Assembly: GCF_006345805.1 (NCBI RefSeq)
Contig: NC_042999.1
Span: 29,636,001-29,700,000, forward strand
From: Octopus sinensis
Taxonomy: Eukaryota
Direction: 5' to 3'
Length of the DNA: 64,000 nucleotides
Below, in pieces: positions 40,701 to 53,865 of this stretch. The first letter of the stretch is position 1. Every line of letters starts with the position of its first letter. The position numbers and the translations under genes are program-made. The notes under the pieces were generated by a model. The model saw only the letters and a program-made list of their open reading frames with translations. It was not told where the DNA came from and made no database searches.

Positions 40701-41679
40701 GACTGCTGAGGATATGCGTAAGCTCGCTAGAAATGAAGCCAGTATGCTCCGATGGATGTGTAATGCCGGTACTCACACTCGGCAGAGTGTAAGTACCTTG
40801 AGAGAAAAGCTGGACCTAAGAAGCATCAGTTGTGGTGTGCAAGAGAGACGTTTGCGCTGGTATGGTCATGTGGCGAGAATGGATGAAGATAGTTGTGTGA
40901 AAAAGTGCCACACCCTAGCGGTTGAGGGAACCTGTGGAAGAGGCGACCCAGGAAAACCTGGGACGAGGTGGTGAAGCACGACCTTCGAACTTTAGGTCTC
41001 ACTGAGGAAATGACTAGAGACCGAGACCTCTGGAAGTGTGCTGTGCGCGAGAAGACCCGGCAGGACAAGTGAGTCCACAACCCGTGGCCTTCTACATGGG
41101 ATGGAGCCAGCCTACGTATGCATACCTTCCCTTCTGGGACACAAAACTCTACTTGTGAAGACGTGTTGAGGCAAGTGAGGATCAGAATCGAAATCGATCA
41201 ATGGAAATTGCGGATGTGCTACCTGTGCCGGTGGCATGTCGAAAATCTGCTTGTGAAGACCCATTGAGGTAAGTGAGGATCAGAATCGAAATCGATCAAT
41301 GGAAATCGATCAATGGAAATTGCAGATGTGTTACCAGTGCCGGTGGCATGTAAGAGAACTTTCCGTTTAGCGACCGTTGCCAGCACCGCCCCGTTTCGTG
41401 TCCGTTGCCAGCCTCGCCTGGCCCTCGTGCCGGTGGCACATAAAAAGCACCATCCGTTCGTGGCCGTTTGCCAGCTCTGTCTGGCACCAGTGCGGGTGGC
41501 ACGTAAAAAGCACCCACTACACTCACGGAGTGGTTGGCGTTAGGAAGGGCATCCAGCCGTAGAAACACTGCCAGATTTGACTGGGCCTGATGAAGCCTTC
41601 TGGCTTCACAGACCCCAGTAGAACCGTCCAACCCATGCTAGCATGGAAAACGGACGCTAAATGATGATGATGATGATGA
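37711..41679 (+). mobile_element. Near full-length RTE-clade LINE, about 4 kb
   Basis: APE: VGTLNVGTL, CCMQE, SAYAPQ, GDFNGHVG. RT: QFGF..GKSTTDAIF, FVDMEKAFDRV, GVHQGS.LSP, LLYADD at 40118-40129, FRYLG, RLRWYGHVARM. Ends in a (GAT)n tail. Confidence 0.97.
37960..40990 (+). pseudogene. RTE APE-RT polyprotein, frameshifted as assembled
   Basis: ORF pieces 37910-38632, 39013-39426, 39353-39562, 39741-39926 and 40516-40974 join by 1-2 bp indels. Confidence 0.93.
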
Positions 41680-41768
41680 CTTATCGCAGAAAATAGCAGG
41701 CTTATTTCCTTATATCATACGCATATTCAAGTGAAATATTATAACATCGTATTCCATGCACAAAAAGT

Positions 41769-41843
41769 ATTCTTCTTCTTCTTCTTCTTCTTCTTCTTCT
41801 CTTCTTCTTCTTCTCTTCTTCTTCTTCTTTCTTCTTCTTCTTC

Positions 41844-41902
<59 letters not shown>

Positions 41903-42004
41903 GGTGTTGTTGTTGTTGTTAGTATTATTATTGTTCTTGTTATTGTTAATATTATTATTATTATTAGTAGTAGTAGTAGTAGTTGTAGTAGTAGCAGCAG
42001 CAGC

Positions 42005-42038
<34 letters not shown>

Positions 42039-42043
42039 ATAGT

Positions 42044-42124
<81 letters not shown>

Positions 42125-42125
42125 T
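41769..42125. repeat. Compound (TTC)n/(TTA)n/(TTG)n/(TAG)n/(CAG)n microsatellite
   Basis: Direct inspection. Confidence 0.95.
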
Positions 42126-42262
42126 TTAGTTTGTAGAAATGGCAAAGAAACGACAATGTGCTAGGAAACGATCCGACGCGCCGGCACTTACAATCACATG
42201 CAAATTATATACTGCGAGCTGTACCTGTATAAAGTTGAGCAAACGTGTGTGTGTATATGTGT

Positions 42263-42475
42263 CCGAGGTCTGACCAACAGGTATACGGATTGTTGCCATA
42301 GTAATGAAGCAAAATATGCAGAAGAAAACCGCTTGACATACATCCACCCTGAACGGTGTTGTGCATGTACACTAAGTTTCAAGGATCTAGCTCACTTCCG
42401 CTGTTTACAGAAATGCTTAGAAGGAATGTGTGTAGCGTGTGATTGTCGCATTGACCATGATAGAGAAAGTTGTTT
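42263..42475 (+). mobile_element. Mariner 5' end, third copy of the 31.1-kb family
   Basis: cgaggtctgaccaacag...ggatctagctcacttccgc...attgaccatg aligns with 31147-31345. Confidence 0.82.
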
Positions 42476-42496
42476 TCTTGTAGTCTTCCTAGACAT

Positions 42497-42553
42497 TCTG
42501 CTGCTGTTGCTGCTGCTACTAATACTATTATTATTATTACTATCACAACTACA

Positions 42554-42599
<46 letters not shown>

Positions 42600-42655
42600 A
42601 TACTACTGCAACAACTACTAATACTACTACAACAACTAATACTATAACAACAAAA

Positions 42656-42708
<53 letters not shown>

Positions 42709-42900
42709 ATGTTTTATTGTCCTACTCCTAAATATCATCACCATCAATTTCATGGAGGAGATTTTAACTCCGAAGTGATATTATCAGTTTCGGATTCTTT
42801 TTAACCATTTTGTTTAAAATGTACTGTTTCTTTTGATCTTGAGTTTTTGTTCACCACCACAACCACCACCACCACCACCACCACAACCGCAACAACCACA
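42497..42900. repeat. (CTG)n/(CTA)n array (42497-42708) and (CAC)n array (42854-42900)
   Basis: Direct inspection. Confidence 0.92.
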
Positions 42901-44339
42901 AAACATTACGCTACGTATAGTATCACTTGATGAACTCCAGAAAGCGTAAAATAATGTCGTGATAAGCCCACTTGGGTTAAACAATAAAAGCAACAACGAG
43001 GGTCAAGGATCTGAATATTGTAGCTAGTTCCAGCTGCTCAGACTTACCCACTGTTCACATTTCCAAACATTATGACACACAGAAAAAAAATTGCCCCATA
43101 CTTAGTGCCACACGCGCCAGTGAAAAGCGAAGTACGGTATCGAGAATCTATGTGATCTACTACCAAAGAATAACACTTCTATTTCACATCTCACCGGATG
43201 ATACTGGAGGGAAAAACAGGCACAAATAAACGAAAATAAATAAAATGTTGGATTTTCTAAGCAAACTTAAATGTCTAGATAATAAATGAAGACAGTAAGT
43301 AGCTCTCAGATTGTACGAAGTATCTGGTGATACGGAAGTGCTTTTGGGGGGCTGTAGAAGAAAAAAAAAACGAAAATTCAGAATTTCTTACGGGCGTGTA
43401 GGAAATTTGGAAGCATCGTAAAAATCGCAAAATGTCACAGTGTTGGTGCAAAATATACCAACAATATGCATAGGCATATCGAGGTACACTCCAGGAGACG
43501 TGAGATATCTTGACTTTCGGATGAAATTGCACTTCATATTTGACGATTGATAGGTATTAGTCATGATACAAGTGTATCCGATTTGCAATACAACTCAATG
43601 TAATACACTTATGTTATGCAGATGATTTCACACGTGTTTCAATGTATACAGTGTGTTATTATTTTACCACAATTTTTTGTTTTATTTAAATATACATCAA
43701 ATATTTGGAAATATTTTTCAATGACACTTTCTCGTATAAATGCCGGCCCTTGAGGTTAATACAACTATACTTATTATTAATATTATTCACGAAAGTTCAA
43801 TTATTGTGTGCAAAGTTTTGTAATATTAATAAACAGGACGTTACTCGAAAGAAGAAATGAAAGAAAACCTCAAATTCAAGAATATGTTTTAATATCAATA
43901 GCAACATCTTAAGGACTATCTAAATGATCTCATCCGTAAAGTAATAAATTGCTTGCAATCATTTATATTTCAAAGAACTGCTTCTACAATATTAAATAAT
44001 AATGAAAAGGTAGCAACTTGATGTTTTCTGCTTTCGTCGAAAAATGGAAAACAAGCATACGATATATTAATGTCAATTATTGTCCCTTAGTTTCCAGCTG
44101 AGAAGTTTTGCTGTCGTTAATCTTCTGAAATAGAGAATGTTCCGAGTGAAATTAATGTAATTTTTTTTTTCTTTACGAGGAATAATAGCTAAGTTAATCT
44201 CACACCTTTTCCTATGCTGCATTCATTCTAGTTGTGAGCAGAAGATATTTAGAGTAATGGAGAATATAGGCTGCAGTAAAGAAAATTTTCATAAAGAATT
44301 ATTGGATATATTTACGCATAAGCACACGCAGACACAGAC

Positions 44340-45640
<1,301 letters not shown>

Positions 45641-46079
45641 TATGAATTTCCCAAGTCTCTGTAAATGAGTTGCTCGCTTCCTTACTCACCATGATACAAG
45701 ATTGGCTCCATGTTATGATAAATTTCGAGTCTCTCAATTCTCACTTATTTTGTTTCTGATTTACACAGCAGTTTTCTTTGACGCATTAAGCGATAACCGA
45801 CTAACTCCCATGACACACTGGCTGTCAATTATAAATAAGTTCAAATATATTTAGTAGTCCATCTTTAAAAGTTGCTAAAACCTACAGACCTCCGTAGTAT
45901 GTATGCAGTCCGATATGAGGACATTATAAGTTATCAATGAAAGAAGCAAGTTAGGTACGTTCTAAAATAAAAATAATTCAAATACTCGAGAAATGCACAA
46001 GTTTGCCAAAGTGTTTTAGTATGATCAGTGAGAAGGAACTAATCGTGGACTCTCTATATCCGAACTTAAATATATGTAA

Positions 46080-46462
46080 CTCTACTGGTGTCCCCAAAGT
46101 CCATCCCCTCCTCACCGTGGTGGGGAGGCTGGCAACGGGTAGTGTAAGAGCTATGCCGTCAGGAACTTCAGTTCGTGGTTGGGCTACGCAAGGTGGATTG
46201 GTCTGACACTGAGTGGTATTAGAGCCACAAACCGGCAGACGGATCTCTGGTGAAAATCCTCGGAGTGTCTGTTTCGGTAACCAGCGACTCCTCGGTCATT
46301 CTGTCACTGCGTCGGCGCACAATCTGCGGCAAACAGGATGTCTCTAAATGCGGGAATGTTGGGGACCGCTTGTGAAATCCACATATTCCCACGAAACCTC
46401 TTCCATGGTAGAAGAAGCCGACTCAACCCGCCCAGGGTGAATGTCGCCACAAGTACAAGTAA
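46080..46462 (+). mobile_element. GC-rich insert with an (AAGT)n tail; putative short retroposon
   Basis: Sharp rise in GC, ends caagtacaagtaagtaagtaa; no convincing ORF. Confidence 0.45.
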
Positions 46463-47520
46463 GTAAGTAACTCCACTGATTTACTTGATATTTAGACCAA
46501 AAATGTCGTCATATTGTACAGTTTATCTCCCGCTCACTTCTTAATTGAATAATTAATGAAACAAGTGCAAATTGCTAACCACTCATTTTGAGCCAAAAGT
46601 GTTTTGTTTGATATTTAGAAACAACCATGAATAGAAAACATATAATGTCGCAAAATAACACTGAAAATTTTAAATGAACATACAGCGGAATACAATAACC
46701 TCATACTACGAAATTATTAAAATAATTTACAACACTAATTAAAATGGTCTACACTCGGTCAATGGTGCTGAAGTGGGGGTTAATAAAACATTTAGAAAAA
46801 TACTACGAATATGAATTTCAGTTTGATTCGTGGTCTTATGCTATTTCATCGAGATTCATCCACTGAATTACCGCCATAAGAAGGTTTTCTACTCACCTTT
46901 AGAAGTTTACTACAGAACTATATAGAGAAATCTGATTAGAAAACAAAAAATAGACGGATCTTTCTTAAATAGAATATTATTTAGTGAAAAGTAGTGTCTA
47001 AATAACAAATATGTGTTTCTTGATGTTTTATAGCTGTGCACCCTAATATGGAGGGCAACATGGAATCTGAAGAATTAACAAAAGATGGAAAAATGGAATG
47101 AAACAATATGAAAGAATAACAAACGAATATTTTATGACTTCCAATGGGACTAATTCCATTGAAGATTGCTCACTCACAAACAAGTTATGCGCAAACTCCT
47201 TTATGCATTAGCTGCAACTATTCAGAAATATTATGTTTTTCTTTTTTTAATGTAATATATCAGTTCTGTGATAGGAAGAGAGAATATCTTGAAACGATCT
47301 TAAAGAGGCTCCTATTGTTAAGGTGCAATTCCTGTTGAAACATCAATCAACAGTAGATAATATTGTTCAAATCAGTGACGACATACAATAATTTGACAAT
47401 ACCAACGTTTAGCTATTCTTCATTGCAACGGTTTATTCTAGGCTTTTGATTATTCTCAATTTCCTCATTTATATAAATGTTAAATGCGGTCTCGTTTTGG
47501 CATATTGTAGCATATTCCTT

Positions 47521-48300
47521 CTATTCTAGGCACAAGGCCTGAAAGTTATAGAGAGGAGGCCAGTCAATAAGCTCGACACCGTTACGCAGTTGGTACTTCA
47601 TTTTTCGACATCGAAAGGACGAAAGGCAAAGGCGACCTCGGCGGAAGTTGATCCCAGAACGTAGCGGCAGACGCAATACCTATTTCTTTACTACCCACTA
47701 GGGGCTAAACACAGAAAGGACAAACAAGGACAGACAAACGCATTAAGTCGATTATATCGAGCCCAGTGCGTAGCTGGTACTTAATTTGTCGACCCCGAAA
47801 GGAAGAAAGGCAAATCGACCTCGGCGGAATTTGATCCCAGAATGTAGCGGCGGACGAAATACCTATTTCTTTACTACCCACAAGGAGCTAAACACAGAGA
47901 GGACAAACAAGGACAGACAAACGGATTAAGTCGATTATATTTCGACCCCAGTGCATAGCTGGTACTTAACTTATCGACCCCGAAAGGAAGAAAGTCAAAG
48001 TCGACCTCGGCGGAATTTGAACCCAGAACGTAGCGGCAGACGAAATACCGCTAAGCATTTCACCCAGCGTGCTAAAGTTTCTTATCTCTTTATTGCCCAC
48101 AAGGGGCTAAACATAGATGGGACGAAGAAGGACAGACAGTGAGATTAAGTCAATTAGATCACCCCGGTGCGTAACTGGTACTTAATTTATCGACAGGCAA
48201 AGTCGACCTCGGCGGAATTTCAAATCAGACCTTAAAGAGATACGAAATACCGCTGGGCATTTCTCCCGGGGTGTTAAAGTTTCGGCCAGCTCGTCGCCTT
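47521..48300 (-). mobile_element. Array of four SINE units, nested or tandem
   Basis: The core aattccgccgaggtcgactttgc...aagtaccag occurs four times at about 185-bp spacing; a single head (ggcgacgagctggccgaaac) at 48300. Confidence 0.92.
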
Positions 48301-48889
48301 CATGCGGTTGTGTATTGAGACCAACTTTGAAATTATGTAAAGCGATCAATTACAGAATTTCAGCCCTTGTATCCACAAAAGTTGTAGGAAAAATTCGAAA
48401 TCTTCATATTTTTTTTCTTTTTATCGAGTCAATTCAAAAGCAGCAACATGCGAAACTAACATTAGCAATCTCTATAATTTCCCCTTAACATAATCAATAT
48501 AAGCAGCTCAGTATCCGACACTGAGTTTTTCTATGTTTTCTTTTTTCCTTATCTATGCATCATTTTCAATGCTATAGCTTAAACTTTGCAAAATTTAAAC
48601 CCAACTCAAGGTGATCTGTTTTGTAGGCGTATTCTCTAACTTTTTTCATCGTATGAGACAGAATTTGAGCGTATGTTTGTTACGCCTGTATTTGAAATCC
48701 ACCACGCTAAGTTTAAATATACAAAGATCTATAGAGAATGTAAGCAATTTATTATCGACTATATATTTTTATGTATGTGAATGTGTGTACGTATATGTAT
48801 ATATGAAGCATTATTATTAAAAGCATATCAGACTCGCACGCACCCCATCACACACTTTTTCGCTCATATGTAACTGTTTTTGTGGAACA

Positions 48890-49015
<126 letters not shown>

Positions 49016-49406
49016 ATCAGTTAACTTTCAAATGTTAATAAATCGTGAAAATTTATAGTAATTTCACACGTATTAGAATAATTTAGATTTAACGTGAAGT
49101 TAGATAGTGAGGCGTAAAGCACGGCCCAATGTATTAAATTTACGTCCTTATGATTCAAATCTCGGCCAAATACACATTAAGTTACATGCATCTCAAAATT
49201 CTAGACTGCTCCTCCAAGGTCGAGTGCTAGAATCATTAGAGTGTCGAACTGAAAGCTTGCAGAATTTGATCTCTTTTTTCATTCTTAGTTCCTAGAAGCC
49301 CGATTTAGCACAAATACTTGAAAAAATCGGTGTGATTAGCAAATGAGTGTGATACGTAGTAACTTTTCAGACTGGTTTATTGATCTTATAATAATTTCCT
49401 ACTTCA

Positions 49407-49760
49407 AGGTGGCGAGCTAGCAGAAACGTTTGCACGCCGGGCGAAATGCTTAGCAATATTTCGTCTGCTAAGACTTTACCTTTCATCAATTCGGGGTCGA
49501 TAAATAAAGTACCAGTTACGCACTGGGGTCAATATAATCGACTTAATCCGTTTGTCTGTCGTTGTTTGTCCTCTCTGTGTTTAGCTCTTTGTGGGTAGTA
49601 AAAAAATAAATATTTCGTCTGTCTTTACGTTCTGAGTTCAAATTCGACCGAGGTTTGACTTTACCTTTCATCCTTTAGGAGTCGACAAATTAGTACCAGT
49701 TGCGTTCTGGGGTCGATCTAATCGACGGGCACTAAAATTTCGGGCCTTGTACCTAGAGTA
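49407..49760 (+). mobile_element. Two-unit SINE array of the same family
   Basis: Head ggtggcgagctagcagaaacg, then junction gtgggtagtaaaaaaata|aatatttcgtc into a second unit. Confidence 0.9.
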
Positions 49761-50554
49761 TTTCATTTCTTTCAGCCTTTGTCGGAGAACCAGCAAGTAA
49801 CTCCATTCAAAAAGGGACTTACCAAAATGTTGGGCATGATAAAAATAGAAACCAAATGTACTTGTTTCTACATACACGTACCCCAATCATGCCACATGAT
49901 ACCGACTTTAAAAGGAACATTGACCTCTTCGAGAATTTAGTGTGAATCATACTCAAGGAATATGGTGACGCGATAATTCTTTTTGCACCTTGGAACATAT
50001 ATGATAATATGAATGTTTTTCTATTATTTTATCAAAAGTAGCAACCGTTTGGAAATGTAATAACACAGGATAAGTAATTTTTGTGTTAAATGTTATGGTG
50101 AAAAAAAGACATGCAAAAATAAACAACTATTGGATATGGTAATGTCGAGGTTGTAATGTATTCCGGTGATATATATTTTTTGTTACAGGAAAACAGTCAT
50201 GCAGTGATAGTGCGATAACACTAGTGAGAATTTGAATCTTAGCAAACATGGCATCTAGAAATATATCTCGCTTTTTTACTAAAATATTTTATCAATCGGT
50301 TTATTTGCGCCATCACAAATATACCGTAATGAAATTTAATGAGTCTCATTTGATGCAAAATATGCCAATATCAATTTCACATTTATCTTGACTTAATTTA
50401 ATGATGCAGGCCAGATTAACACACATGAAAAAATTTCTTTTGTATAAAATGTTTGTTTATTCAGGCGTTAATTCAGAATTTATAAGGTTTGAAAGAGAGT
50501 CTCTGGAGACCTAAATTTACATTGCCCCGCAGATTTGATTCTTTTTTTGTGTTA

Positions 50555-50740
50555 TCACCACCATCATCATCATCATTATCGTCACCAGCACCAGCACCAG
50601 CACCAGCACCACCATCATCATCATCATCATCATCATCGTCACCACCACAACAAGCACCCGCATCACCACCCCCGCCACCACCAACAACACCATCATCATT
50701 ATCATCATCATTACCAACATCTAATTCATCATCTCCATCA
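50555..50740. repeat. (CAT)n/(CAC)n/(CAGCAC)n repeat
   Basis: Explains the His-rich and Ser/Pro-rich ORFs at 50489-50984. Confidence 0.9.
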
Positions 50741-51829
50741 ACATCTTTCTTTTTGTTTGTTTTTTTTTATTTGCGAGAAGGGCCAGGCTATTATCAACAA
50801 TTGCTTACGCCACACTAAAAGAATTGGGATTATGCCACTTCAAATATTTATTATCATTTGTACACTTTTATCACAAATCAAGAACCTCATTTCCAGTAGC
50901 AGACAATACTTGAATCCTGGAGCAGATAAAATCATCAATTGTCTAGTTGTTGAAAACCTAATGGGGTACATGTGTATTTTATGATTGGAGAGATAATTGA
51001 GGAAACAAGCTCAAATTCTACAGAACAACACACTGAATTTCATTGAATCATTTGTTCAACATGCTCTAATACATTGCCAAGAGAATGATGTGTGATTTTC
51101 GCTTGACCAATAGTGGCCATGAATACTGCTGCATTTCTTTACCCAGGAATTATGTACTAGTTAAGGCTCATTCTACAACCTCATTCCAAACAATGCTCAC
51201 GATTTTCCTTTGACAGAGTGCGTATGAAGACAGACTTGGGTCTACAGCTCTTCCAAGTACGGTATGGACAGCTGTCTTTTCCGTGATAATTAGTTATTCA
51301 TCTTGTTACTATATAATAATTATATTTTTGTATTTGATTTCTTTCAGATCGAGTATCGCAAAATTACATAGCATTTTGCGTAGCAAATTATTGACTAATC
51401 AACATAAAACCCCTTCGGAAAGACATGAGTTACGTTTTGTAGCACCCATCAGTAAATGTCTTCAAGTGTCTATTGTCAATCGGTGAAGTACATACGTGAT
51501 CAATTTACCGACACAGCTGCGGAATTTCTCAGGAAAAATAAAGCAAAATATTGAATTGTTTTTACGTTTATGAATCTGTTGGTAAATGACTACATATACA
51601 TTACAAAAAAGAGCACGCATTTTGAATGTTAACGTCGCTTGGATTTTCTGTTTGGACATCATCTATATGACAGCTCCAAATTAGTAAAAATAAACGCTCA
51701 AAGCAACACAATTATAACGCATCTATTACCGTACACTTTTAAAGCTTATTCTATATCTTACAACAATACGGAACTAAAACTGAATAACAAACTTAATCAC
51801 ATATGCACCAGTTTAGTCACAATTGTACG

Positions 51830-51836
51830 TAATATA

Positions 51837-51915
<79 letters not shown>

Positions 51916-52022
51916 TGAATAAATATATATACGTATATATGAATTTAAAATATAAGAGTAAAAAATTGAATATCAATTTGATTAACAAACACACACACGC
52001 GCACACACAGACACAGGCACAG

Positions 52023-52089
<67 letters not shown>

Positions 52090-52100
52090 CATATATATTA
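51830..52100. repeat. (TA)n and (CA)n arrays
   Basis: Direct inspection. Confidence 0.9.
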
Positions 52101-53182
52101 CAATGTATGTAGCGGGTGGCAACAAAGATCTTTATAGAATGTTTCTGGCTACCCACAGTAATCGAGGAGAAACTAAACCTAAAGTCATAACGTTCTTTAC
52201 AAATTACTACTCGCTTACACTTATACGCGTAGCTTTACCTGTTTCACACCTGCAAAAGCAATGAAGGGATTTTATTTATCCTCGCTGGTAACATGACATT
52301 CTGTAGTAGTTTTTATTTCAACATATTCCGTAAAAAATGTTTCCTCCGACGAAAATTTATATTTTGTGTTTTAAACTGATCTTCGAAAGTTTTCATAGAA
52401 GGTATTCGTGTATTCTTGCAGTGGAAATTTTATAAATGATTACTAATTAAATAACACTTCTGTATATATTGTAAAACTTTTCGATCTGGTTCTATAAAGA
52501 TAGGCTTCGAAAAATTTCAAAGCGTATTTCTTCCAGCTGTTGAAGTACTGTGTTCAAATTCAGTCAATTTTGACACTTCCTATTGTATTTTCGTTTCAAT
52601 AAAATAAATATCAGTCGATCCTCTTTTTACAGATAAAGTGAATACATTTTCCATGTTTGTTTTTGTGTTCAAAGAAAATACAAAATAATTCCTACGCGAA
52701 AGGAAATGTCAATTTATTTCGTAAACAGAAAATATGATAAATGATGACGAAAGATAAAGATACGCAATAAAATGTAATTATCTTATTGTCAGTAATGTGA
52801 AGAAAAATAATATATTTCTGAGGAAAATGCTTTTATTTCGATAGCACAAATACTATACTTAGAGCTACAACCACAATTTTTGACATTGTAACAAGCCCAA
52901 AATTAACAAAGCGTCTTTCAAATCAAAAATGTAGAAAACTTTGCGCGACTGAAACACATGTATCGATCCAAAGATATCCAATTTATAAGATCTATGCATT
53001 AACTGCCTGGCGGAGAATTCCTCTGCATTCCATAGATTGCAAATGAAGGTGCATTCGTGCCTCATTCCATTAATGAAGGACAAAATCGAAAACATATAAG
53101 CTATCTCGGAAATTTCTGGTACGTTGGATTCCTGTGAAGAGAATATGGCAGATGCTAATTTCCATATGCTGTACATGTCAGT

Positions 53183-53865
<683 letters not shown>

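Noticed and set aside
50489-50984. His-rich and Pro/Ser-rich ORFs resembling real low-complexity proteins
   Set aside because: They coincide with a CAT/CAC repeat, are open in several frames and have no splice support.
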